NCBI GenBank assembly: GCA_040954595.2
Contig: CM082589.2
Coordinates: 1,539,810-1,603,809 of the forward strand
Reading direction: 5' to 3'
Source of the DNA: Balanoglossus misakiensis
Lineage: Eukaryota > Animalia > Hemichordata
Length of the DNA: 64,000 nucleotides
Made by a program: the position numbers and the translations under genes. Positions 1 through 14,200 of the stretch are shown here, piece after piece. The notes below the pieces were generated by a model that saw only the letters and a list, made by a program, of their open reading frames with translations, did not search any database and had not been told where the DNA came from. How positions within the stretch are numbered: position 1 is the stretch's first letter; each line of letters begins with the position of its first letter.

Positions 1-3000
1 GTCGATTATGTAATTACTGGCAAGTTGTGTGTTTGACCCAGGATGCATCATACCAGTCACATGATTAGTTCTGCATAAATGCATGTCATCAATACCCATG
101 ACCCATATGTGACCTTTACATCCTGGCATTTTGTTATTTAAATATGAGTTTATCATTTTTACAACACAATTCTGTGATTTTTCTATTAAAAACAAATTCT
201 GTTTAGACTTGGTTTTCAGTCTTGTTAAACAGACATTTTAATTTTAGTAGCAATTAAAACGAGCTCATCAATGTGATTCCCTGTAAACACTCTTTGAACA
301 ATACAATGTCCCTTTACACAGACTCTGGTAACCATGGTTACATACAAACATCGCAACCTTGAAGCACCATTTGCTGTACCTTTCAGTTTTTTTTTTTTTG
401 CAGGACGCTTTTGTGAATCATCTACACTTTCTTGTTCTACAACTATCACCCATCACTATTGAATCAAGGGTAGAATAAAAATTTGTCGCACGCATGACAT
501 ATCATATTTGCAGATATGATAAAAGATTCCACATCAGAAACTTTTCTCATTTTATGTCTGTTTCTATCCTCTTATCGATAATATATCAGTGCTTTCTTAT
601 TTTCCTCATTAGGAAACCCGAATGGACACCTGATCCATATTTATCAAACATAATATTTATATTGCTGACGTGATCGAGTAATTGAAAATGTGTTGTCACA
701 AGGGAGTGTAAATGTCTAAGTGGAGACGAGTTTTATCTTGCAAAGTGATTTTGTGTCATGCACGTAATTTCTGTCGACTAATCAATTAAAAAGATGGGAG
801 TAGTTGGATGAGACACTTTGTGTTGTGAACTTCAGGTGTGGTAAATAACCATGAATTCATGGTTGGATTGCCAGACTCATTTGTTAAATAGAGACAATTA
901 TTAGTCAATATATTTGAAGTATAGATATCTGTAAATATTCTTGAGAAAGAAACGTGGGCAAAGGTCTTAAATATAATTGTTTTTCAAAATGTAAAAGTTT
1001 CTTTTTTTTGCCCTGGAATATTGCTGACTGAATCATGTCTGATTGCAGATTCTGATATATATTTAATGGTTTTGCCAGAGCCTGTCTGGAGCCGTGTTCA
1101 CCCCAAGTGGTTTGCACATGGTCTGTTTAAAGCCCGGACCGTCTCGTAATTTTAAAGAAAATAATCTTCGGCAGTCGATAAGAAAGCTAGCAGAGGCTTA
1201 GTTTGATTGCAATGCCAAACTTGTAAACCCTCAATCAATCATCTCCATATGGCATGTGAATGTTTGGAGGGGCTGAGAGTCTGTCGAGGGAATGAAGCAA
1301 ATTTCTTGTGAATCAGAAACTCAGCTGACAGAAAGAAAATGGGTGGTTGCTGGGCACAGAATAATGAGACATTGTAAATACATGTATATTTATACTTCAA
1401 AAACTTTCACTTTTCTTATTATTGCTGGCAAGTTGCCTATATTCTGCACACCACTCATCAAATCACCAATCAGTGACTGCCTGTCAAATTGATAACACCC
1501 ATATGCCAAAGGAGTAATATGGATTGAATAAATTGAAAGGTAATTTTAACCCAGTTCTGATGTGATATAGAATTATTTGACAAAAAATATAAATATTACA
1601 GAAGACCGGCACTTTAAAGTTCAAGGTCCAGGGAAGGGAACAAAGTGTAGGAATTGAAAAGGTTTAAAAAACTGCTTTAAAAAGTGTGTCAGTATGAACT
1701 GAAATGTGACATATGTTCGGCAGTAGAATGGTGGTGATAGGCGGAAATGGTACCCACTCAACTATACCCAGTGCGGTCTGATTGCTCGTCACTGAAACCG
1801 TTCCTTTTTATCACAGATAGTAAATAGTAACACTACTTTTAGCGATTAATGTCAGTTTGAACATACACTGTCTATCAACAAAGATTGAAATAGCCAAGAT
1901 ATTTTATCAACAGTTTGGATGTAAGTCTTTCAATGACAGGGGATGAATGAGATGCAGAATTAAAAAAACTGACAGTTGGGAAGAATTGAGACTTGGGCTA
2001 TTAATTTTGTATGATGATCGTAGACTTTGGAAATTCTCTGCTCAAGGAATTTCTGATGCAAATAGAAGCAGATTATCTAGAATTAAGAGTTATATGATTG
2101 TGTGTGTGTGTGGGGGGGGGGTCTCATCTGTGATAATGTGGATTTCGAAAGATATGTAATGAAAAAAGAAGCCATTGCAACCAGTATGTTTTATGATTTA
2201 TACATAGCTGTGCAGTTGCTACAGAATACACCACATCTCTCGTGAAAATAGAAATCTGTACGACACAGATGGTGCAAAGAGGTCATAAAGTTCTGTCATA
2301 ATATTTTATTCTATATCAAGATTTGTAATTTGTCATCTGTAGTATAGTGTGATGTAATGGCAGTTTGACTGTAGAAGGAATATAGCCTTGGTGATATTAA
2401 TAGTTCATCAGTTGGCCACTCAAAATAATTTCTTGTTGGACCCAAAAGTAGTCATTAGACCAATTAGAAAAGGAAATAACAATTAGAAATGTTATGCAAA
2501 GCAGTTGAAATACCCAGGGTATAAGCATCTCATGACGTCCAAAAGAAGACAGTCTTGAAACAAAATCCCAGGACAGTTGAGCCAAACGTTGTACTTTTTA
2601 AGCCAGAATTCTCTGGTTTGCCTGTAGCATGACACACTTCTCGGTAACCTTTAACAAAATTGGAATATTCATGAAGCGTGTGTGGGTGTTCTCGATAATG
2701 CTGCTCATTTGCAGGAAAATTGATGACTCACTTTTATATAAATATGCTCAGCTGATTGCTGTGCAAGTCTGCAACGTATTTATCATACCAGGTCTTTTCT
2801 TCCCTGATGAAAAATTGAGCAAATTTGAAAGTGAAATTAATATTGTCAAGAATCAGGGTAAAACTGATTTCAACCAGTGTTAAGAAATTTTATAACATCT
2901 GGCAGCTTTCTCCTTTATCGTTAAAAGCCAGGAAAATCCATAAAATATAGACACTCCATCATTTATCCAGTAGACGATTCTCATATCTCTAGATTTTGCA

Positions 3001-3393
3001 GTTTATTGCATGCCAACGGATATGATGTTGATAAAGTATGGACTATCATCAATTCTTCTTGAAAGTGGTCGCGCTTCTGTTTTGTACAATATCTTATACT
3101 GACAGTTTAGATTTTTGTAGTTAGTAGATGGCTAGTACAAATGTGCATGCATGGTTTTAGTAGAGTTTGAAGTTACGGTGGCCCACATTGTCAATTCAGT
3201 TCACCCTCTGAAGTTTGGACATTCAGCACCAGGGCTGTATCAAGTGGTCTAGGGGGTTGAACGCAATGTTCTAAGAAGCAGGGTGGCACCAGACAGATTG
3301 CTCAACCAATGGAATACAAATGGAGAATCTGGTGACATGCAGTGTGCACAGATTTGATGACTTTTGTGTTTGAATTATTTTGTTGTAGTTCAT

Positions 3394-3435
<42 letters not shown>

Positions 3436-3477
3436 GTGGTAGTGGTGGTAGTGGTGGTGATGATGATGGTGATGATG
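3394..3477. repeat. (GAT)n/(GGT)n compound microsatellite
   Basis: Run of gat repeats followed by ggtggtagt and further gat units. Confidence 0.95.
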
Positions 3478-6400
3478 CAATTTTTGTAACCAGAGTCTCT
3501 GGTTTGGCACATGCACATGGAACGTTTGTTGCCCTTTTAATCTTCTAGCAAGATGTGGATGCAGTATTTGGCTTGCTGTACAGTCGGCAGTGATTGCAAC
3601 AGTGTGACTTCTTACTCAAGAAAAAAATCAGTAAAATGTCAAAAAGACGGCAATGTCTTCAGTATAATGCTAACAAGTGCCAAGACTTTAATGGTCATTA
3701 CCAGTAACTGTAAAGTAAATGCACATAAAATTCTCATCAATACTGTGTTCGTGGCAATTTGAATCCATGATCAATGGTAATGACAGAAAACTGTAAAGGT
3801 GGTATTCATTCACTGAAAAACAATCACCAGTAGAAATGTAAAAAAAGTCAATTTTCAGCGAATTCCTTCAGGCAAAAAAACCTTAAATCTTGATCGAAAC
3901 TATTTCCTCGAGTCTGTGGTTACCATGGCAGCTATGAACCATCGGTAATTGGATTGACTGTGTTATTACAGACTTTATGCTCTCTGGTTCCTAGGGTTAG
4001 GTTTATTTGCCAATTGGCTCGGAGGGAATATTCTTAGCAGAGACAGGACGTTTTGTTCCATTTTGAGTCTCTGATGTCATTTTATCAACCCTGAAATTAG
4101 GACTTGCGAGGTTTTAGGATCTACAGTGGGCATGATTTAGGTTTTTCTTTTATGTTTTTTCTTCCACTGTAAAATGCATATTTTGCTGAACAGAATGAAA
4201 TAAATGTACTGCCCTAATATATCAAAAAATAACAAAAAATGATATCAACCGAAGATCTTGCCATTTTGTTTCGTTATTGAGTTTCTGTCTACATGTATCC
4301 TGGGTATTACGGTGCCATGGTGATGACCTCTGACCTGCACTGAGTCTCTCGGATGTTTCTATTCAGAGTCGTGCATTGAAATTGGATCAATATATCCAGG
4401 CGTACAACAGGAAAGACAAGTCAGCCATTTGTGATGGAATATACCCTGCAGGCAGTCTTTGTATGCTGAGAAAAAAAAAGAAATTATGTGATGATTGTTA
4501 GGCTGACATTTTTGTGCAAATATTGAAATGGAAGGTTAATTAAAACTGAGATTTATTACATCAATAAACTTCTTGCATTAAGCTCTGTGAAGCTGAAATG
4601 ATTTTGTGAAATAAATTTCTTTGTCTTTTTTCTTCTTTTGAAAATGACAGTAAATTAATTCCATTCAAAATTATCATGACACTTGTTAGACATGGGCAGA
4701 TTATGGTTGAATTTGAAACTAAAAAAATATACTGATAAATATAGCAATGGAGAGCAATTCCGAACTGTTGATGTTTAGACAGCTGTTGTGATGCATGTGT
4801 ATCAGCATCAGTTGGGTTGTGGATAATGTGATAAGTGAAATGTCGGAGAAATTTAGAAGAGAAAACACCTGTTGATAATCAGAGGTGACAGTTTGCAATG
4901 GAGTGGAAATCGGAGCCTCAAACTTACACTAGGGAGAAAGAAGTGAAGCTGAGAAAGATGATAGTCTAACCAACGTTTAGGAATTTGTGTGTAATCTCTG
5001 ATGTGTATGTCTGGACAATTTTGTGTAATTCTTTACAGTCTGTTGCCTTGAAAAACATTTGCAGTTAATATCCTGTGTGGCTTGAAAGCTATGGTAATTT
5101 AGCACACATGAATAAAATTGTATGTTTTATGTTTGCAAACACTGCCTCTAACTGCAAAAGGAGAGTTTGAGAGTTTGTCCATCAGGATCCTTAATTGCCC
5201 ATGTTTTGACGACGCCCCACAAGTCATACTAATTAGCGTTTTGACTTGACTGAGCTGAGAGATTTTGTTGAAATGGCTGAAGATATTCTGAGAGTGAGTC
5301 TTCCATTGAATCAAAGATGGACACTGTGCGAGGACAGAGTGAATATGTGGAGTAGAAACAATGGCAAACGTTAACATTTGCCAAGCAGAGTCTGGGCAGG
5401 ACTCTGTCAATCAGTAATACAGATGGTGACACACAATGCACACACATGTTGCATACACAGTTTTGCAGATGTACCCCTAAAGAATTAGATCTGATGAAAT
5501 TGCCATTTTGTAATGAAAGCATCCAGAGATTCATTTGATAATGCAGAATCGTGACTCCAAAGACTTACCCCTGTATGTCTGTAACAACTGTGATAAATAA
5601 AGCACACACCATTAACTTTCTATTTTAGCATGCATAACCTTGACTACCTCTGTGATGTCTCAAACTATTATCAAAGTGAAGTTTTCTCAGGATAGTTAGT
5701 AGACTGATATTCCTATATGAATGTTTTATAGGCCTCAGTCGCGTTTTATTGGCATGACCTGTTGTACCGTGTCTCAACCTGATGCATTATTTAAGTACTT
5801 GTGCAAAAAAATACAAAACGTGTATCATGGCATATATACCACATAAAACATTCAGCATTCAACTTAAGTGATTTTCATTCCTGACATTGTATTTTAATGC
5901 AGCTTAGCCTGACAAGATGTCATAGTTCTGTGTCACATTTGTCCATAAATTTTAAATGTATAACGTCAGCGGGGAATGAGGCATACACATCAAATGTGAT
6001 CTCAAGCATTTGCTCACCTCATACTCTTTGAGGTGAATTTTGATCGCCTTCTTTACAATAATGCATAAGTAACTTCATGGATGAAAAGTGAATCAAAATG
6101 ATATAGATGGGGGCTTTATCCTTCCAGGTGCTAATACCCTGTGATCATGACCTTGGTGACATCTCCTTATCACCTTAGAAAATTTCCTTGTACAGGTCAT
6201 GACCTATGTGGCATTGTCCCGATCACATATGTATGATTGAGACTTTTAAAAAGTAGAATCTGGCTGGGAGTTGTTTGTGTTCAAACATCCTCCCAGATCC
6301 ACAGATTCTAGAGTAACATCTGAGTTTTCTTGTCTCAGTCTCTGGAAATCTATTCTAAACCCAAGTACATGATCCTCATGGGAACCAGTCAGGCCTCACC

Positions 6401-7250
6401 ATATGTAAGGGGTGTGTTAACAGTGATCACTCAAAGCTGATGATTATTCCTCCTTGGGATCATAGCAACCTGGAAATCGAGTTACCCAGTAGCTATATAC
6501 ATCAACTTGAGCCGCTCATTCTATTTCCCTTGTAATGATCTTATGCCGTGTGCATGGCAATGTGACTGTTAACAGCAGAGGGAGTATTTTTCATAATTAC
6601 TGCATCCCAAGGATAGAGTTATAGCAACAGCTGGGCTCTTCAATTTGAGCTGTTTTCGCCATTTCCTCTTCTAATGGTTGTGTGCCTGTGTATGCCAGGC
6701 CATGTGACTGTTAACAATTATTGGAATGTTTTTTTTATGTACCTACTGACTTGATTGTGATAGTATCCAGGCATGATATTAGATACTGCCATTAAGATTT
6801 CCCAAACGTCACATATAATTTCTGTTGCAAACCCAGCCAAACATACCAGTATTGCATTTGACAAGTCACGAATCAGAGTTCATGTCGCCATCTCCCAATT
6901 AAACGAGTGTGTTTGCTGCAGCTCATAAATGTGAACATGTTTCCTGTGAAATGTGACGTGTTGGCATCAAGTAGTGCTTGTTGCTTCTTCCTTGCTGTTT
7001 TGTCCTCAAGAAGAGTGAATGTAAAGACTCAGAGCTCATCTCTACAGCTGATTTTTATTGAATTATTCAGAATGTTGAAAGTAGCATGTTATTTTCACAT
7101 CACGAAGAAAACTTCCATTCGTTAATGGTACTAACTTTACTCATAATGAGCTTCTGCTGTCAAAACAAATTATGCCTGAAATAAACTGATCATGCAGTCT
7201 TTTATCAATACAGTAGGACCTGTCTCCTCTTGACACCATAGGGACTGTTC

Positions 7251-7279
7251 AGAGAGAGAGAGAAAGAGAGAGAGCGAGA
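7251..7279. repeat. (GA)n microsatellite
   Basis: Interrupted ag dinucleotide run. Confidence 0.85.
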
Positions 7280-10139
7280 ATATAAAACAATGTCATCTTC
7301 AGAATACACCCAGTTTCACCATCTTTACAAACACTGAAATTAAGTACCCAAACCCTTTTTACCTCAAATTTACCCTTGACATAATGGTAAGTTGTACTTG
7401 AACAGTGAACATAAGGTTTTTAAAATCGTATGATATGAATTGCCTTATCTTTTGTGACACCAACCAACCCAGGGGGATTATGGGAGTAGAGGCAGTTGCT
7501 AGGCAACAAATAACTGCTAATCCTATGGGATGTGATTGACCTACTTGTCCCTACTGTAAAGCTGTCAAAGTTAATATTTGCATGTGCAGGTATCAGTGTG
7601 AATAACTGGCTTGTCTTGTAGGTGCTGTGTTTTGATAGGAAGTACTGTAATACTGGCAAAAGAACAGTGAATGAAAGAAAGTTCTAAGTCAAATAGATGT
7701 ATTTATAGACTAATCGTGTATGTATTCATGTATCATGTTGTAATGGGCTAAGTGCTAAACATGATCTCATGACCATCTTTTAAAATGACTCCTCAGGTAC
7801 GCATTGGGCTTGTCTCAAAGCCACTGTTCAAAATCAATACATTTTGCATAACGATGTGAAGTGAACACGAACAACTAATGCCACAAAAAACTTCTGGATG
7901 AAGAACAAGCTTTGTGAAATCCAACATTGATGTTACCACAAAACTAATTGGTTTCTGGAGAGTTGTAGACGATACTTGCAAAGTCTTTCTGTGAATAAAC
8001 CATAGATCTTGCTTTGTAATATCCAGACATGCCTCAGTTACAGACTGATAATTCACCATCAGGTAAACAGATAAATGGTGTGATCATATTTGATGGATTA
8101 GATGAGATACATCATACAGTGCGATTGCAAAGCCACTATTATCTGATGTAAAAAAAAAACTGCCAATTTAGGCCATTGCAATTCAGAAACTTTTGTGGGT
8201 TATCCACAAAGATTGGAAGATTGCTGAGTAACATTTACAGGGGTACAGGAACACAATTTCAAAGGAAATTCCATATTTGGTTACTTTTCTTTAACTCCAG
8301 AATTTATTATCAGAGAGGAAATGATGTCATGGTTACAGTACTGCTCCTAACCATGTTTCACCATGATTCCTTAGAGATGACAGTGAATACGAGTTTAATA
8401 ATATCATTCTGGAACAGTAATTAACCCCTTGGGCAAGGCATAGCAGATTGGAACTTCACTATACTATAATTATATTATTTCAAGTTGTTTGTGCATCTTT
8501 TATTTTGTACAAAACATCTTGTATTTATTTTAAAACAATTATGATACCATATTATGCTGTCTTGTTGGCTTCTACATCATGTTATTGTGAAAACAAGTGT
8601 TATATAGCATTAAGGATTGTGATGCAACCGATTGTATGTGAGCTGATTGTAGAACAATTGTATAATGATAGTTTCAGCTTCCCTGTGGACATTTTCAAGT
8701 CTCTCATATTTTTGCATAGATCCCCATAGCGATGATTGAGGAAAGGGGACCAAGTTAGAAAGTGGGCGTGACTTTGATCAAAACAAGTACAGTACATCTG
8801 TGCGGATGGATGCATTCTAAAACATCCACATTGTATCTGCTATACATTATAGAGTTCATCCCATGAGTAACAGGATTACTGCTTGCAAAGTGGTTTTTCC
8901 TGTAGAGACGCTAGTTTCATCAAGGTATATTTATTGAGATGCCGGCTAGTTACTGCAAAACAGGCCTGTTCAAACAGAAATGCAGCCCGAGTCGTGACTG
9001 AACACACCTACTTCAGTTCACAGAGAGTACAGCCAGGGTAACATGAGCTTTCCCACTCTGAACAAAACCGTTATTCACCTGGCCACCACTGTTATTCAGA
9101 AGAGAGAACTAGAGTGTATCAAGGCAAAGTCATTGTAAGCCTCTCAGGCAAGCGATTCACTGATCCCCCCGTAATTGATGGTAAAATTGCCTTTCCTGAC
9201 TAAGGTGGACAAAAGGAGTTAGAAAAATCAGATCCAGTTTCGCTGTGATGGACAGCTCAAAGCTTTTTAAACTGTAGATCAACCTTGGAGAGGTTTCCAT
9301 GACGATAATTCTCATCTTATTTGCTCTTTAAGATTGGGACCTCTTCAGTCATTTTCCACATTGACGAAGCAGTTTTGTCAAACTGTGCAGTGCCAGTACT
9401 CACTCTATTAAATTTGAAGGACTTTATTTGAACGGCTGAAATTGTCATCTTGTAAAATTATAATATTTTGACTATAATTCCTAAAAGTGCTTCTTCCATT
9501 GCTTTGAATTTTCTTTTTTATGATGAATATTGCAAGATGAGTTCCTAGGGGTGTTCTTATTTTGGGCCTCTATTTTAGGGTCAAAGTATTCACCTACCAT
9601 GGGAATTATACTTTCTTCTAAGGCATGAATTCAGCTCACCAACCTGTGACTTCAGCCACGTGTTTAGAATTAAAATGTGAACATGGAGAGATATAAAAGA
9701 GATATAATATATAATTTTTCTATACTTGAATCCCAAATAGTTTCCTAATTCCCAATCCCTTGTCCAGTGAATGGTTTATAGCAAAATGGAATCTACTGAG
9801 GTTGTGTAGATTCAACTGGAACATACCCATGAAACTTATCTATGTTGGAACCCTCAGGTTATAAGGATTTGGTGAAATCCGCACCGAGTTTGGCAGATAC
9901 ATTAATTGTTCATGAAAAAAATGCATAAAAAATTCATGATATGATGGATTCATAGATTTGCTTTCATGCTTGGTAAACTGAACCAATTAAAGTATACCTA
10001 ACACTTATAGTTAAGGGTAAACTAAACGTTTTGCTGTGTAGAAATTCCTTCTCGTTTCTGTTATTTTAATTCCAAGTGGTACTTTAATTAAAGAACTGGA
10101 TTGTCAATATAGCATTGTCTGTATCACAGAATTTGCTGT

Positions 10140-10360
10140 GGCATGACATTGTGATAATCACAGTCCGTGACAAACCACATTTCAGATGTCTCTTTTTGAA
10201 TGATCTGGACAGGATCATGTGTTTATTATTTGTAGTAATCACAGGCATTGTGACTGTCTTTATCAGTTACATTCAACTCATTTCAGATGTCCCTATTTCA
10301 ATGATCTGGACATTATTGTGTGTTGATCAGTGTCTTGGCATTGTGACTGTTATTTATATC
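10140..10360. repeat. Old ~100-bp imperfect tandem duplication
   Basis: atttcagatgtc, aatgatctggaca and ggcattgtgactgt each recur about 93-101 nt apart. Confidence 0.7.
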
Positions 10361-10438
10361 ACTGTATTGATGATGTAGTATACATGTAGTTTGTTACTTG
10401 CAATTAATGCAATTACGGTTTTTGTTTTCTCTGTACAG

Positions 10439-10480
10439 ATTCTGCTTCACAAGTGGTACTGCCTGAGGAATTCAAAACCG
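10439..10480 (+). other. Candidate 42-nt internal exon, probably 5'UTR of the neurocalcin gene
   Basis: Strong acceptor tttttgttttctctgtacag| and donor ccg|gtaaga; no ATG; same strand as the neurocalcin CDS. Confidence 0.45.
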
Positions 10481-11150
10481 GTAAGATTCTCCAATGATTG
10501 CATTCCAATTTAGATCGCTTTTGACTTGTTTTTCTTCAATGCCAAAAGGAAAACTTTTGTGGTATCTATTATTCAGAAGATGCAGGATATGTGTAATGGA
10601 TTTTGCCAGTGGTGTGAGCTCTCTGTGTATAATGTGTGTGTGGTATACACATTAATATATTCTCAAGATATGAATATTTATTGAGTCTGGGTATCATGCA
10701 AGTAAATCATAAAATGCAATGGAAACAGACATTTATTATTCATGTTAAGTGAGATTTTGTTTTATTAATAAATGCACTTTCATTAATTATAGCAGTTTTA
10801 GCCTCTATGTGCTCAATAGATTCAATGTCAAAGGGTTCAGTCATGTATGAAACTGTAGATTGCAAATTGTTAATCGTTTTCTGTGTGACAGCAACTGGCA
10901 TGTGATGACGATCAGAGGAGATGAAATGATGCCATTAAAAGACAACTAGTGTTAGAATGACGTTTAGTTCGCGCAGTAGCCAGGTCATTAATTTTCCATT
11001 TTCTCGCATTGCGTTTGTCGAGAACTTAATGGTCTATAGATGTGTGTGGCTAGAGGATAATAAGTCGTGTGAAATCTTCAGTGTTGCAGGGCCTCTGTTA
11101 ACATTGCAAAATTTGGGAGAACCCTGTGATTGGTACTAGTCGTGCAAGTC

Positions 11151-11243
11151 TTAACCCTTTCACCCCCAGTTCCTTCTGTAGAGGTCCAACCTTACCATAG
11201 AAAGCAATGGATGTGGACTGAACCATGGCGGCAAAAGGGTTAA
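11151..11243. mobile_element. ~90-bp MITE-like element with TTAA-CCCTTT...AAAGGG-TTAA ends
   Basis: Terminal inverted repeats TTAACCCTTT / AAAGGGTTAA, i.e. TTAA target site plus CCC..GGG termini as in piggyBac-type elements; a second partial copy exists at 32554. Confidence 0.65.
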
Positions 11244-14200
11244 GGGCCGTGCATACTTGGAGATGTGACTGTTAACACATCGCAAAGCTAGACCAATGCC
11301 AGTAACAGTGTAGTCCTAATATTAGCTATTCATGTTGTTAGTTTTATGCTTGTGTGCGATCACCACTGATGTAGCAATAATGAATAGGGTGAACGTCGTG
11401 TTTTAAATGCTGTGTTTGCATTCGATCAGCGGCTGGTCACACTCCACGTTGCTATAGTCTCCATTACTATTTATGATACCATGAAAGTGTATTTTATATA
11501 GACCCAGCAAGGTCTTTAACCCACATGGTATTATTGGTTTTTCTCACCACATGTGTGATTTCAACTTGTCTGTGAAATGGGATCTATTGCCCATTACACG
11601 TTTGCCAGATTTGTGCCATTCCAACTACCTATAACATATAGTTTCTCAGTCACATCAAGCCAGAACTAGGGTTTTCCGTCCTAATACTTGCTTTTTTTAT
11701 TTCTCGTGTGAATTTAATGTAGATAAGTACTGGGGATGGCGCATGGGTGGTGGCTGATTTTGGTGTTCAAGTTAAACTTGTGAAAATATTACATAGAACA
11801 TTTTCCAACTAATGATGATTCATTTCTCTAGTTTGCAAGCAATCGGAGAGTAACGAGCTTTGCACCAATTATCCAATATTGTACATGTCACAGTTACTGC
11901 ATGACCGAGTATTATGAATGTCCTCACGACTTCTTTCATGAATGTACACAAGAACTCATTCACACAAGCTTCATTAGGGAGGAGCAAAAATAGCACACAC
12001 ACTAGTGACACACACGGCAGTACGTAGAATCAGTTTAAGGTCAAGCAATTTCAGTCTTTTATCTTATTCCCTTCATACTAAGTAACTCTCTTGGGTTCTC
12101 ACAGGTGAGAACCTGCCTAAGAAAACAAATGAGTCTGTCACATGTAGGGAGGAAATCCTCCAGCCAATTCTCACATTTATTCAGAGCTGTCAGCCGAAAG
12201 TTTAAATTTTATTGTGCAGAAAAAGAATATACTGGCAAACTGAAATGTTTCAGATGGTTTAGTGAGTCATAATGTCCACGGAAAAAAAGTTACAAGCTAT
12301 AACACGCCCTCCACAGTTCAAAACGTGCATATGTACATGCATTGTGTTATACATGTAAACAAGATTGCAACAATTATGGCTTGTGACAAGTTTTCTGTTA
12401 GCGAGTATCATGTAGTTGTTCCAGTTGTTTCACAGACCAAAATAGTGAAATAATCATCAGAACCTATAGCTACTGCCCTCAACCAACAGGCACCATGCCA
12501 TCACCAGGTACTCTTCCATCAACAATGACAAGACTGTCATCAGTGATGATTGCTTTTTTTTATATCTTAGTCAAGTCATTACAGACTGAATTCAGTTTGA
12601 AATTATTATGACCTAGGAAAATATTTCCTCCAGCAATTGCTAATTATTCATTTTCCGGAAAATATTATCTCATATTGTCGCTTGTGAAAAGATTCATTTA
12701 GTCCTTGAGATTTTACTGGATTGTGTTTGTAGGGAGACTTCACCTGTGCAAAGGAGAGTAATTGGAAATAGTCAATATTCTCACGAATTTCAAAATTACA
12801 GGGTGAAAGCAGCAAAAGAAGAATAGTCTATAACAGCCTTGAGTAATAATCAAATATTTGTATTACAACATCAGAGCTTTGCCAACTTGCCTACTTTTGA
12901 AATTTAGCTGGCTACTGTTGAGCCAAGTTACACCCCTGCACCATAATCACATATCATATTTTATTTAATCAACCTTGGTGATTTGTTTACGACTTTCATT
13001 TCAATGTACCTAATAACCAGCCGTTGTATAAAATTAGCAATTAAAATATTTTGGATATCGGCTGGTATCTTTTCAACTAAGCATAAAATGAACAATTCCA
13101 AACTGTGAATATTCAGATGAAGATCCTTCAAAGGTGTCACAAGCTATAAGAGTATCATGCAACCTATCAAGCTCATTGCAAGGAGAGTGAATTGCTCATA
13201 AAAGTCTTTAGTTCACACATCTTTATTTTAACTCACAGTGCAGAAAACGCAATGATAAAGTTTGATACTTATTTGCGTACACCCATGTGACCTGTTATCT
13301 GATTTGCATAAACCTGTATGATCCATTGAACAAACAAAAAACATTGATCCAGAAAGAGATTTTCCGGGATTTTTTCCGTTAATGCACAGTTCAGAGTACA
13401 ACTCCCTATTTATTGTGTCTCCTGCTGTACATATATAATAGAAAATCAGGGAGGTCTTCCTCTTCGGCTCTTGAGAGCGCTTTGTAAAATATTCAACGGA
13501 AAACATGAGTTTTAATGGAATTTCTGTGTCATTTGAGTCATTACTGCATCAAATTCTCTCTTCAAAAAGGTACCAGATCTACCATTAGTATTCAACTAGT
13601 CTCTGCTTATTGTCTCTATGAGTGATACACTCATCTAGAGGCGTTGCCTTGAAATTTCCATTGATGCTCGTTTTTTATGGCTCTCGTAAATAAACGGCAT
13701 TTCCTCAGAATTCAGGGTGTGATGTGTGTTAATTGAGGACATAGAAACTTGAATGTCTCAAAACTTGTTAGGGACACCCTTTGCTTGTTATTAGCCGCAC
13801 TATATTTTGTATTAAAAACTGAATACTATGCTAGACGTACATAGAAACAAACCATTGTATGTAGATTTTTAGGGCATTAAAACAACTGCGCGTATGATAA
13901 TTTCAGTGTACCTGCACTTCCTTCTGCTCAATCAGGTTTTCAGTTGTCTAGCTATATGTCATGATTTGATTTCCTCAGTGATGGAAAGGGTTTAGGAAAG
14001 TGTCAATTGTTATACGCTTGTTAGTGGTTTCCATTGTTACAAATTAAACGCAGTTCAGCATCCACTGGTTATCGGGATCCATGAGAAGCACGTCATCTAG
14101 AGTGAGGTGCAGCCCTAATTCATTTTCACTGCCTTTATGCACCGTTGTCATCAGTCACGGTTGAGATGTGTTGTTGCACATTGGAGTTAGCTCTACGGGC

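Noticed and set aside
3222-3242. REST/RE1-like TTCAGCACC upstream of a neuronal gene
   Set aside because: Only the left half-site matches; the GGACAG half is absent.
3271-3548. Poly-His and poly-Asp ORFs
   Set aside because: Products of the (GAT)n microsatellite with no other coding signal.
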